A stretch of 64,000 nucleotides of DNA from Pseudomonadales bacterium (GTDB lineage Bacteria; Pseudomonadota; Gammaproteobacteria; Pseudomonadales; Azotimanducaceae). Shown piece after piece: positions 1 to 9,037 of this stretch; position 1 is the first letter of the stretch; each line of letters starts with the position of its first letter. The notes below the pieces were generated by a model. It did not search any database, was not told where the DNA came from, and was given only the letters and a program-made list of their open reading frames with translations. A program made the translations under genes and the position numbers. Location of the stretch: the NCBI GenBank assembly GCA_963665455.1, contig OY762279.1, positions 4,443,492-4,507,491 of the forward strand. The letters run 5' to 3'.

Positions 1-716
1 AAGCCCAGGTAGCGGCGCGCGGCCACGATGGCTTCCGCCTCGTCGGCGGCCAGCACGTCCACGTCCCCCGACTTCGCGTAGTCGTCCGCGCTTCGGAAAT
101 GTCCCGCCTGCGTTCCGAACTCGGCGTGTTCCGTCGCGATCACCAAGTCCGACAGCATGGCGATGCCGGCATGGCCGCCGACCACGCGTCCGCTCGCGAT
201 CGCGACGGTCGGTGCCCAACCATTGAGTTCGGCCAGGCCGTCGTACAGTTCGAAACGCCCCCTCGGCGTCACGGCAATCGGGGGCGGCGGCAGGGGATCG
301 TCCGGGCGGGCACCGCCACCATCCACGAAACAGACGAAGGGCCAGCGGTGCTCCACCGCGAGATACAGCAGCTTGGCCATCTTGCGCTGGTTGCGGTCGC
401 TCTGGGTACCGCCCAGCACGGTCTCGTCGTAGCTCGCGCCCACGGCGGGTTGCCCGAACACCAGACCCGCCCCCGCAACCAGACCGTCCGCGTACGCTTC
501 GTCCTCCGGCTCGGTCGTGGCGCCGGCGAGGGCTCCGTACTCGATGAAGCTCACTTCGTCGAACAGGGCCGTCACACGCTCCCGGGCGGTGAGTCGTCCC
601 CGTCGGTGTACGCCGGCGACGGCGCCCGGCCGGGCATCGTCGCGCCCGCGCCGCCTTCCCCGCGCGATCTGGCGTACGAGTTGCTCTTTCAGGGGGATCC
701 TCTCGACCAGAAGCAA
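1..716 (-). CDS. acyl-CoA carboxylase carboxyltransferase (beta) subunit, N-terminal part; gene continues past window start
   Basis: Own minus-strand translation (absent from track because it runs off the edge): ...RGRLTARERVTALFDEVSFIEYG...DGLVAGAGLVFGQP...VLGGTQSDRNQRKMAKLL...CFVDGGGARP... The motif order matches the N-terminal carboxyltransferase domain of propionyl/methylcrotonyl-CoA carboxylase beta chains. Start uncertain (TTG at 716 is a candidate). Confidence 0.65.
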   Translation of the reverse strand, partial: MLLVERIPLKEQLVRQIARGRRRGRDDARPGAVAGVHRRGRLTARERVTALFDEVSFIEYGALAGATTEPEDEAYADGLVAGAGLVFGQPAVGASYDETVLGGTQSDRNQRKMAKLLYLAVEHRWPFVCFVDGGGARPDDPLPPPPIAVTPRGRFELYDGLAELNGWAPTVAIASGRVVGGHAGIAMLSDLVIATEHAEFGTQAGHFRSADDYAKSGDVDVLAADEAEAIVAARRYLG

Positions 717-816
717 AGTCCGATCCAGAGTATCACCCGCCGGGGGGTCGCCGTGGCGTCGCAACACGGCCCCGGCCCCGGCTACACTGCGTTCCGACTT
801 CCCCAAGCGACCCATC

Positions 817-1575
817 ATGAATTTCGAAGCCATCCTCTACGAGAAGAAAGGCCCCGTCGCCTATGTGACCCTCAATCGCCCCGAGAAACTGAACGCGATG
901 AACGCCACCCTGCACCGGGAACTGGCCGAGGCGTGGGCGGACTTTCGCGACGACGAGTCCCTGCTGGTGGGGATCCTCTCGGGCAACGGCCGCTGCTTCA
1001 GCGCGGGGGCCGACCTGACGGAACGCGGGAGCGGACCCTACCAGTACACGGGCGAGTTCCCGGACATCACCCAGACCCAGAAGGTCTACAAGCCCATCAT
1101 CGCCGCCCTGCACAGCCACGTCGTGGGCTACGGGCTGTGGATCGCGCTCGACGCCGACATACGCATCGCGACGGAAGACGCGTCCTTCTGGCTACCGGAA
1201 CCCCAATGGGGCATCGCCACGATCCCCGCCGCCTGGTTCCCGAAGATCATGCCGTGGGCGATCGCCTCCGAACTCCTGCTCATGGCCGGGCGCGTGGATG
1301 CCCGCCGCGCCCACGAGGTCGGCATGATCAACCGGATCGTGCCGGCGGACCGGCTGATGGAAGAGGCGGAGCAGATTGCGGAACGGTTCTGCGAGTTGAG
1401 CCCCGCCGCGGTGCAGGGCATGAAGGAATCGATGGTCAAGGCGTCTTCCCTCGACTACCGGGCGCTCGACCAAATCACCGAACACGTGCAGACCCGGGTG
1501 ATGAACTCCGAGGATCGCCGCGAGGGCGCGCGGGCATTTCGGGAGAAGCGCCAAGGGGTGTGGCCGGGGCAGTGA
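817..1575 (+). CDS. enoyl-CoA hydratase/isomerase (crotonase) family protein
   Basis: ATG at 817 inside track ORF 517..1575. MNFEAILYEKKGPVAYVTLNRPEKLNAM...GNGRCFSAGADL is the classic crotonase-fold N-terminus. Divergent from the carboxyltransferase gene. Confidence 0.85.
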   Translation: MNFEAILYEKKGPVAYVTLNRPEKLNAMNATLHRELAEAWADFRDDESLLVGILSGNGRCFSAGADLTERGSGPYQYTGEFPDITQTQKVYKPIIAALHSHVVGYGLWIALDADIRIATEDASFWLPEPQWGIATIPAAWFPKIMPWAIASELLLMAGRVDARRAHEVGMINRIVPADRLMEEAEQIAERFCELSPAAVQGMKESMVKASSLDYRALDQITEHVQTRVMNSEDRREGARAFREKRQGVWPGQ

Positions 1576-1693
1576 TTCCGCGTCCGGCCGCTCTGGACGG
1601 CGGCCGGCCCGCCGTGGAGTCCGGACGCTCCGCCCGGTCCCCCACGGGCTTCCGGTGTAGACTGCTACCGCGTCCACCCGCCACGGGCCCCTC

Positions 1694-3076
1694 ATGAACG
1701 CCAAGTCGGGCGTCGTCATCGAACTCAAGCTGTTCAGCACCCTCGGCGTGCCGATCATCCTCACGCAGCTCTCGCAGATGGGGATCGCCGTGATCGACAC
1801 GATCATGGCGGGCCGGGTCAGTGCGACGGATCTCGCGGGCGTCTCCCTCGGCGGCACGTTCTACTTTCCGCCAGTGGTGCTCCTGTCGGGCGTCGCGATG
1901 GCCGTCACGCCCATCGTTTCGCAGATGCACGGCGCCGGCAAGGAAGCCGGAGGCGGCGCGGTCGTGCGCCAGGCCCTCTGGATCGCGGTGGGCGGGGGTC
2001 TCCTGACGGTGGCGGTCCTGCTGTTGTTCGGCGAGCTCGGCTACCGTCTGATCGGCGTCGACCCAGCCGCCATCCCCGTCGCCACGGCCTATCTCAAGTA
2101 CATCAGCATCGGCGTCGTGCCGACGCTCGGGTTCTTCGTGTTGCGTTACCTCTGCGAAGGGCTGTCATGGACGACGCCGTCCATGATCGTGGCGTTCGGG
2201 GGGCTGGTACTCAAGCTGCCGCTCAACTACCTCTTCGTGTACGGCGGATTGGGCATCCCCGCGATGGGCGGCCCCGGCTGCGGCCTCTCCACGGCCATCG
2301 TCATGTGGGTCCAGCTTCTCGCGATGATCTTCATCGTCGCCTACTCGCGCGTGCAGCGCGCCGGCGCGTTCTCGCGGTTCTCGCTGCCGGACTTCACCGT
2401 CATCTGGCGGCTCATCAAGCTCGGCATCCCGATCGGCGTGACCATGTTCTTCGAGGGAACGGTGTTCTCGATCGTGGTCCTGCTCATCGGACGCATCGGC
2501 GTCGAGGCGACGGCGGCCCACGCGATCGTCTTCAACGTCGGCAGCGTCACCTCGATGATTCCGGTCGCCCTGGGCGTGGCGGCCACCATCCGCGCCGGCT
2601 ACAACGTGGGTGCGAAGGACTATCCCGGCGCGCGCCGCTCGGTCTATACCGCGCTCGGCGCCGCCCTCGGCTTCGCGTTTCTTGCCGCGAGCGTCCTCGT
2701 GCTGATGCGCGACACGATTGCCGGTATCTACACCACCGACGCCGGCCTCCTCGCGAGCGCCTCGGCGCTCCTCCTCATTCTCGCGCTCTATCAGTTCGTC
2801 GACGACACGCAGACCACGGCGATCGGCTGCCTGCGCGGCTACAAGGACGTGCGCATCCCGATGGCGATCGTCCTGTGCGCTCACTGGGGAGTCGGGATTC
2901 CCCTGGGCGCCCTGCTGGGCTACGGCAACGAAGGGTTGGGGGTAGCGCCCATGGGCGTGTCGGGATTCTGGTGGGGCCTGGTCATCGGGTTCGGGGTCTC
3001 GACACTCTGCCTGAACACGAGACTCGCTATCATTTCCCGGAGTCAACGCCGGATCGAGCGGTACGCGGAGGCGTGA
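1694..3076 (+). CDS. MATE family multidrug efflux transporter
   Basis: 460 aa, about 12 hydrophobic segments. N-terminus LGVPIILTQLSQMGIAVIDTIMAGRVSATDLAGVSLG is typical of NorM-like MATE pumps. Confidence 0.85.
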   Translation: MNAKSGVVIELKLFSTLGVPIILTQLSQMGIAVIDTIMAGRVSATDLAGVSLGGTFYFPPVVLLSGVAMAVTPIVSQMHGAGKEAGGGAVVRQALWIAVGGGLLTVAVLLLFGELGYRLIGVDPAAIPVATAYLKYISIGVVPTLGFFVLRYLCEGLSWTTPSMIVAFGGLVLKLPLNYLFVYGGLGIPAMGGPGCGLSTAIVMWVQLLAMIFIVAYSRVQRAGAFSRFSLPDFTVIWRLIKLGIPIGVTMFFEGTVFSIVVLLIGRIGVEATAAHAIVFNVGSVTSMIPVALGVAATIRAGYNVGAKDYPGARRSVYTALGAALGFAFLAASVLVLMRDTIAGIYTTDAGLLASASALLLILALYQFVDDTQTTAIGCLRGYKDVRIPMAIVLCAHWGVGIPLGALLGYGNEGLGVAPMGVSGFWWGLVIGFGVSTLCLNTRLAIISRSQRRIERYAEA

Positions 3077-3085
3077 CGCCACGCC

Positions 3086-3475
3086 TCATCGCCACTCGCC
3101 GTCGCGCCCACAGGTCTTCAGCAACACCGCGGGAAGCCTCTTCAACCTCTCCTGCCGAGGATCGACCTCGAATCCCCCAGACTCCAGGGCGGTAACACCG
3201 AGCAGCGGCTCCGTACCCTCGGTGCCGAACACCACGGTTCCTCCGACCTGCTCCCCTTCGAACTCGAGGGCCGCGACGGTCATGTCCAACGCGGTTCGGC
3301 TGCCATCGGCGAGGGTGTATTCCCGATTGCCCCAGGGCTTGAGGCCGATCGCCTCCAGGTGTTCCGCGGGTACGACCGAGTCGTAGGCCCCGGTGTCCAC
3401 CAGAAACGACCCGGTCCACGCGCGCTGCGGCTCCGCCGGGTTGCGGATCGTGACATCGACGTAGGTAGCGCCCAT
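3086..3475 (-). CDS. retropepsin-like (clan AA) aspartic protease domain protein
   Basis: 129 aa. MGATYVDVTIRNP...FLVDTGAYDSVVP contains the D-T-G-A active-site loop in the usual position. GGGAG Shine-Dalgarno-like sequence lies upstream. Confidence 0.55.
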   Translation of the reverse strand: MGATYVDVTIRNPAEPQRAWTGSFLVDTGAYDSVVPAEHLEAIGLKPWGNREYTLADGSRTALDMTVAALEFEGEQVGGTVVFGTEGTEPLLGVTALESGGFEVDPRQERLKRLPAVLLKTCGRDGEWR

Positions 3476-3650
3476 CGAGTTGGTCTCCCTTCCACGGCGA
3501 GTTTCGACTCAGGCCATTTTCGCCGATAACGCAACGTGAACGCCAAGCATTTCGATGCGCCCACGCAACGCGCGCGCTGGCGTCCATCGGCTCTGCGGGG
3601 CAGAATCAGCCCCCGGTGACCCACGCCACGCCCGAGCAGGAGGACACGAA

Positions 3651-4523
3651 ATGAACGCGACGCTCATGGAGCAAACCGCAGCGGACATCGTCCATGTCGG
3701 TCCCGACACGCCCGTCGAAGAGATGCTCGCGATCTATCGGCGCGATGGCGTGCTGATCGTGGACGGACTCGCCGACGAAGACACCGTCGCGACGCTCCGG
3801 GCCGAGCTGCGCGGACCCCTGGAGCGCGCCGGCACCCTTGACGGGTTTTACGGCAACAGAACGGTGCGCGCAGGCGCACTCATCGCCGAGGTCCCGGCCT
3901 GCCGGCCGCTCGTGATCCACCCCGTAATGCTCGATCTCCTGACCGGCATCTTCGGTCGCCTGTCGCGCGTCCAGGTGAACGCAACGCAGGCCATCGCCGT
4001 GCATCCCGGCGAGCCCGACCAGATGCTGCACCGCGACCGCTGGGTCTGGCGGGCCCTGCCGCTCGCGCCCGACTACGAGTGCGTCGTCAATTGCATCTGG
4101 GCCATCGACAACTTCACCGCGTCGGCGGGCGCCACGCGCGTCGTCCCGCGTAGCCGCGATCTTCCCGACCCAGAGGACCTCAGAGGCGACGAGGACGGCG
4201 AAGTCGTGCTGCCCGACGGCACCACGGTGTCCAGTCACGGCGCGGTCCCGGCCGAGATGTCGCCCGGAGCCGTGGTGATCTACAGCGGGGCAACCTACCA
4301 CGGCGCCGGAGCGAACCACACGAAGCTGCCCCGCGTTGGCATGGCGCTCGCGTACGCCGCCACGGCCCTCCGCCAGGAGGAGAACCAGTACCTGGTCGTG
4401 CCCCCGGAGGTCGCACGGGAACTCCCGGAGACCCTGCAGAAGCTCGTCGGGTACGAACTCGGGCACTCGGCGCTCGGGTTCGTGAACGGGATGCAGTCGC
4501 CGATGACGTTGCTGCGTTCGTAG
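3651..4523 (+). CDS. phytanoyl-CoA dioxygenase (PhyH) family Fe(II)/2-oxoglutarate oxygenase
   Basis: ATG 3651 preceded by AGGAGGA, inside track ORF 3555..4523. HRD (H-x-D) motif in MLHRDRWVW; length and overall pattern fit PhyH. Confidence 0.7.
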   Translation: MNATLMEQTAADIVHVGPDTPVEEMLAIYRRDGVLIVDGLADEDTVATLRAELRGPLERAGTLDGFYGNRTVRAGALIAEVPACRPLVIHPVMLDLLTGIFGRLSRVQVNATQAIAVHPGEPDQMLHRDRWVWRALPLAPDYECVVNCIWAIDNFTASAGATRVVPRSRDLPDPEDLRGDEDGEVVLPDGTTVSSHGAVPAEMSPGAVVIYSGATYHGAGANHTKLPRVGMALAYAATALRQEENQYLVVPPEVARELPETLQKLVGYELGHSALGFVNGMQSPMTLLRS

Positions 4524-4573
4524 CGACCGGCGCGGGGGATCAGCCGGGCCGGACTCCGCAAGGCAGCTCTCGA

Positions 4574-5293
4574 TCAAGCGTGGTTAGTCCTGTTGCGGTC
4601 TTGGTTTTCTCGAAGGATGTCTGCCGCTCTCGCTGCTCTCCTGGCGGTCCCAGGATGGGAAAGCGCTTGGCGATGGTACCTGTCGATCTCCGTGATCGTC
4701 GCGCCGCCGATTTGCTCCCCAAGAGCGCGGGCGCAGTGAACGATCCTCCACCGAGTGTCTTTGTCGAGTCGGAGAAGAATGGCACCGAAGCACGCAACCA
4801 GGGAAAGAGGCAACGCGAGTTCGTTGAGACAGACGAGAATTCCTTCTTCCTGTACATGGCTGCCGGCGAACGGAACGCCGAGGATGTTGTGAGATTGCGG
4901 GACCGTGTACGGTCCGACATGTGTCGCTCGGCCACTGAGCAGGCCGTAGCGCTCTTGAGAGACCACTGGAGATTGGGAGAGCCCCTCAAGCCGCGTCCGG
5001 ACCTTGTACGGGGAGAAGTCGGCGCGTGCCGTGTTGGCTGAGGCATGGCGCCACTCATCCAAGGCTGCCTCGTCCATGGTGAAGAGCTGCATGAGGTTTG
5101 CGATTTCTCCGATGGCCCGGGAGAGAGCCAGGGACTCGTCGTAGAGGGCAAACCGCAGCAGTCTGACGGCGGAGCGGGCGTTAGTGACGGCTCGTCCACA
5201 GAGGTATTCGACACGATGGTCGCCGCCCTGGCACACCCACCAGCAAGAGGCCATCCGGTCGAGGAGCGACATGACCGTACCGACGTGGACCAT
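4574..5293 (-). CDS. hypothetical protein (mostly helical, unrecognised)
   Basis: 239-aa ORF with non-artefactual composition in a stretch that looks AT-richer. The frame stays open upstream to about 5417 without another ATG. No motif I can name. Confidence 0.4.
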   Translation of the reverse strand: MVHVGTVMSLLDRMASCWWVCQGGDHRVEYLCGRAVTNARSAVRLLRFALYDESLALSRAIGEIANLMQLFTMDEAALDEWRHASANTARADFSPYKVRTRLEGLSQSPVVSQERYGLLSGRATHVGPYTVPQSHNILGVPFAGSHVQEEGILVCLNELALPLSLVACFGAILLRLDKDTRWRIVHCARALGEQIGGATITEIDRYHRQALSHPGTARRAARAADILRENQDRNRTNHA

Positions 5294-5700
5294 GGCCGCC
5301 GGAGCCTTCTTGCCAAGCTTGGACAGAAGCGCGTCGGTCTTGGTTTGACATTCGTCGTCTTGGCGCCACGTCAGTTCAAGAAAGTCCTGACCCTCGGGGG
5401 ATGTCGTCGTCGTTTTTCACCGCAAGCTCTCGGTATAGCCTACTTGGCCATCATGTCAGACGCGGGGAGAAGCGCAAGCGAAAACGCGACTCAGCAAGGC
5501 CCACCCGCGTTCTCGGCCTCTACCTTCGCACGTCCGATGTCCCGCCGCTTCGACTCGCCATCCGGCCAATTCCTAGGTTGGGTCGCCCCCATGTCGGTCG
5601 TCCACCCACTCCCCAATATCGGCCGTCCGGACGCCTGCAGCCCGAGCTATTCGTACGGCTGACCACCGTCGAGGCAAAGGCTCGGGGCGGACTTCCGCTG

Positions 5701-6138
5701 TCAGGCCACCGGGAGCGGATTGGCCACCGCCAACTCCGGGAATCGCGAGAAGTCCCGGTCCGCAGACCAGAGCAACCGCACGCCGTGGTAGACGCAAATG
5801 GCGGCAATCCGGGCGTCGTGTACGACCGCTCCTTGCAGGAGCGCCGGTCGGGCAAGCCGCTCAAGCACGCGCAGGTACCCTTCTCCCTCGGCCAGGAAGC
5901 CGCCGCCGACGCTGTCGAGGAGCCGTCCTACGGCATCGAGCGCCGCATCCATCGGCGTGGGATCCCTGAAGATCCGAGGGTTCGAGACGACGGCGAGGAA
6001 CTCGTGCACGCATGGCCAAGGAACCGACACGGGTTCCGGTCCGCTCACCGCACCGGTCAGCACCTCGCGGGTGCGCTCGTGGAACGGCATCTCAGGCCGA
6101 TGTGCATAGACGAGCAGGTTCGTGTCGATGGCAATCAC
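5701..6138 (-). CDS. vapC: PIN-domain toxin VapC
   Basis: VIAIDTNLLVYA... with acidic PIN residues. GTG 6138 overlaps the antitoxin stop by 4 nt (GTGA). Confidence 0.8.
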   Translation of the reverse strand: MIAIDTNLLVYAHRPEMPFHERTREVLTGAVSGPEPVSVPWPCVHEFLAVVSNPRIFRDPTPMDAALDAVGRLLDSVGGGFLAEGEGYLRVLERLARPALLQGAVVHDARIAAICVYHGVRLLWSADRDFSRFPELAVANPLPVA

Positions 6139-6380
6139 GCGCCATGCTCGCGGTAGACCTCGTCGCGGATTCGATTCCAAGGCACGCCCTGGAACTCGGC
6201 GGTGAGTCCGCTGCCCCCGTAGGTCGGAAAGTCCAGACGCCGCCGCATCACCCTCCGCCGGGCTTCCAGGGTGCGCTGCAGACCTTCCTCAACCAGCCCG
6301 CGGAGCGTGGCGCCCTCCCTCCGGGCCACGCCCCGGACCTGCTCGAGCAGCTCGTCGGGAAGCTCTATGGTGGTCTTCAT
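6135..6380 (-). CDS. vapB: type II antitoxin (VapB-like, probable ribbon-helix-helix)
   Basis: MKTTIELPDELLEQVRGVARREGATLRGLVEEGL is typical of small DNA-binding antitoxins. Sits immediately upstream of and overlapping vapC. ATG 6380 preferred over the track TTG 6398. Confidence 0.6.
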   Translation of the reverse strand: MKTTIELPDELLEQVRGVARREGATLRGLVEEGLQRTLEARRRVMRRRLDFPTYGGSGLTAEFQGVPWNRIRDEVYREHGA

Positions 6381-6388
6381 ACGGGTCT

Positions 6389-6407
6389 GCCATATCAACG
6401 ATATGGC
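6389..6407. promoter_or_regulatory. inverted repeat, candidate vapBC operator
   Basis: GCCATATC-AAC-GATATGGC: perfect 8-bp arms, 9 nt upstream of the vapB ATG. Confidence 0.3.
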
Positions 6408-6581
6408 GTAACCTTAGCCGTTGATGTCCGTGCACCGCAAGCCCAAGCCCCCCTGCGCGCAGGAGCGGTAACCGAGGCCCTGGCGGCTCCGCTACGAGGC
6501 GAAAGTGTTCATGTTTATCTATCGTAAAACTTGACATACGCGTACCTCCGCAGGCACGTTCGGAACGTCGGAGGAGAGCCC

Positions 6582-7307
6582 ATGAGCATCGCGGCCGCCG
6601 TCAACCAGACCATCGACCGGGCGCCGACCGGCCGGATATTCGGCTACGAAGTCTTCCCGCAGTACCGAGAAGCTCCCGGAGCGGTCGTCCAGGCCGTGAA
6701 CCGAGGGGTCGAGGACCGGCGTTTGAAGCGGGTCGCGAAGGGACGTTTCTACGAGCCCCGCAAGGGCGCACTCGGCGACGTTCCCGTTGGCGACGAGGAG
6801 CGCCTGCGCGACGTGTTGTATCGCAACGGGCGGCGGGTGGGGTACGTCACCGGGCAGGCGCTCTACAACCGGCTCGGCCTCACGACCCAGATGCCCAAGA
6901 CCGTCGTGATCGCGGTGAACGGCGCCGCCCAGATCAAGGACTTCGGTACGATACGCATGAAGTTGGTGTCGAGGCGAGCGCCCATTTCAGATTCCACGGT
7001 GCCACTGCTCGAAGTCCTGGACATCCTGCGCGACGCCCGAAAGGTGCAGGACGCGAACGTCGAACGCGTTATCCAGGCGATGACGAAGCGTTTGACGGAA
7101 CTCACGCCCGCCCAACGCAAAAGAATGCAGCGGCTTGCGCTCGACTACTACAGGTCCGGCACGAGAGCCCTACTGGGAATGCTGCTTACACGTTGCAAGG
7201 AAGAAGTGTTACCGACGCTCAGGGCTTCGCTCAACCCCACCTCGCGTTTCGACTTGGGCCTCGATCCCGATGATTGGTCAGAAGCCCGATCTTGGAACAT
7301 CCGGTGA
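6582..7307 (+). CDS. AbiEi-like (type IV TA antitoxin, DUF6088-like) protein, no toxin partner
   Basis: ATG 6582 after GGAGGAG. N-terminal pattern GRIFGYEVF...AVVQAVNRGVEDRRLKRVAKGRFYEP resembles the AbiEi winged-helix N-domain (...L.RL.k.G.l.rv.rG.Y). Confidence 0.5.
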   Translation: MSIAAAVNQTIDRAPTGRIFGYEVFPQYREAPGAVVQAVNRGVEDRRLKRVAKGRFYEPRKGALGDVPVGDEERLRDVLYRNGRRVGYVTGQALYNRLGLTTQMPKTVVIAVNGAAQIKDFGTIRMKLVSRRAPISDSTVPLLEVLDILRDARKVQDANVERVIQAMTKRLTELTPAQRKRMQRLALDYYRSGTRALLGMLLTRCKEEVLPTLRASLNPTSRFDLGLDPDDWSEARSWNIR

Positions 7308-7416
7308 CGTTGCACGACGTATCGGACACGTACCTGGAGCCAGTCGAGACCACGGCGGACCAACTGGCTCCTCGTTGACCAAGCTTTAAGGACCGCTCAA
7401 TCGCTTACCGCCGCCG

Positions 7417-8490
7417 CTACACCAAGGACGCCGCGAAGCCCTGAATGTCCCGCACCGTCGCCCGACAGACGTGGGGCACGGCCCCCCAGTACTCCGTGTC
7501 GCCGCCGTGGTGCGTGCCGTTGACGGTGCGGCTGATCGTCGGGACGCCCGCCGCCATGAGCTTGCGCGCGTAGATAAGGCCTTCGTCGCGCAAGTTGTCG
7601 AGTTCGTTCACGGACACGGTGTGCGGGGGCAGGCCGACCAGGTCGTCCGGCGTTGCGTGGTAGGGCCAGGCCAGCGGGTTCCGCGCGTTGGCGCCGCCCG
7701 GGTCGTAGGCCGTGGCCCATTGCTGCGTCAGCCTCGCGACGCCCATCAGGTCGTTCTCCACCGCCGACACGAGCTCCGGGGGCGGGGGATCGTAGGTTCC
7801 CGAGATGTAGGGGCAGCACGAGTAGACGCCGGCGATCTCCTCGATCCAGCCTTCCTGCTTGGCCTTGAGCGCCGTGGCCAGGCACAGGTTGCCCCCGCCC
7901 GATTCGCCCGAGATCACGAGGTTTCCGATGCCGAGGGCGTCCCGGTTCCGGTACGCCCACTGGGCGGCGCTCGCGCAATCGTTCAGGCCGGCGGGGAACG
8001 GGTGGTTGCCTAGCTTGCCCGCGGCGTTGCGGAACTCGACGCCGATGACGCACAGCCCGCTGGCCGCGAGCTCGTCCCGCCACCGCACGTACTGCGGATC
8101 GCGCGCGCTCATCAGCACCATGCCGCCGCCGTGCGTGTGCAGGATGCCGGGCAGTGGTCCCGTCCTCCGCTCGGGTTCATGGATGTACATGCGGATTTCG
8201 TTGCCGTCGACGCCCTCCGTGGCCTCGCTGCGACGGACCACGCCAGGGACGGGCGGGAGGTTTGCGAATATCCCCGCATAGAGCGCATCGCTCATGGCCT
8301 CCGCTTCGGCAATGCCGTCGAGGATCTCCTCGAGCGACGGATCGCCCTCATCGGCGGCCATCTCGCCCCAGTCGGAGAGCCCGTACTCCTCGAGTACTGC
8401 GCGCAGGCGGGGGTCGAGCCGCAGGTCCGTGGCCAGGGTCAGGGTCGGATCGCCCAGTCTGCCGGGCAGGTTGGGAGAGGATGGGGTCAT
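7417..8490 (-). CDS. alpha/beta hydrolase, hormone-sensitive-lipase-type esterase
   Basis: HTHGGGMV oxyanion motif (HGGG) and GESGGG nucleophile elbow (GxSxG). Confidence 0.8.
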   Translation of the reverse strand: MTPSSPNLPGRLGDPTLTLATDLRLDPRLRAVLEEYGLSDWGEMAADEGDPSLEEILDGIAEAEAMSDALYAGIFANLPPVPGVVRRSEATEGVDGNEIRMYIHEPERRTGPLPGILHTHGGGMVLMSARDPQYVRWRDELAASGLCVIGVEFRNAAGKLGNHPFPAGLNDCASAAQWAYRNRDALGIGNLVISGESGGGNLCLATALKAKQEGWIEEIAGVYSCCPYISGTYDPPPPELVSAVENDLMGVARLTQQWATAYDPGGANARNPLAWPYHATPDDLVGLPPHTVSVNELDNLRDEGLIYARKLMAAGVPTISRTVNGTHHGGDTEYWGAVPHVCRATVRDIQGFAASLV

Positions 8491-8527
8491 TGGCGTACGT
8501 CCTCCGAAACGTCGTCAAGGAAGTTGG

Positions 8528-9037
8528 CTACATCACGGCGGGTTCCGGCGACTCCAACCCGAGGCTCCGCATCATCAGGTCGTTCCAGTCGGACGTGAAC
8601 AGGCGTTCCGGCTTGATCTCGAGCCAAACCATACCCGGCGCCGCCACCATCTGCGCGGTGCGCCGTTCCAGGTTGTACGTGCCGAGCTTGCGCATGAGCC
8701 GTGCGGCCATCTCTTCGTGTACGGCCGGGTCATCATGCACGGTACACACCCCGCGCAGGCTGATGCAGCGGTCCCGTCCGAGCCCGGTCCCGAGGACGGA
8801 CACGACGATGCACATGTTCGGGTTGCGCCGAATCGCGGCCATGCGCGGCAAGTCGCTCGGACTGCCTATCCAGACGCTGCCCTCGTGCCAGACGAACGAG
8901 ACCATCGTCCCAGCGCTGTTGCCGTCCCGGGTGTTCCAGATCATCGTGCATTCCCGTTGGGTCTCGAGGATCTGCTCCATCAGGTCGGGCGTCAGCAGTT
9001 TGGCGCCCATGCTTGGGGAGTTGCCTTCGTCCTTCAT
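8528..9037 (-). CDS. pyridoxamine 5'-phosphate oxidase-like FMN-binding split-barrel family protein
   Basis: 169-aa real part of track ORF 8528..10060, starting MKDEGNSPSM after AGGAGGA. ATGA overlap with the upstream Rieske gene. Pattern ...TMIWNTRDGNSAGTMVSFVWHEGSVWIGSPSDLPRMAAIRRNPNMCIVVS fits PPOX-class proteins. Confidence 0.6.
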   Translation of the reverse strand: MKDEGNSPSMGAKLLTPDLMEQILETQRECTMIWNTRDGNSAGTMVSFVWHEGSVWIGSPSDLPRMAAIRRNPNMCIVVSVLGTGLGRDRCISLRGVCTVHDDPAVHEEMAARLMRKLGTYNLERRTAQMVAAPGMVWLEIKPERLFTSDWNDLMMRSLGLESPEPAVM

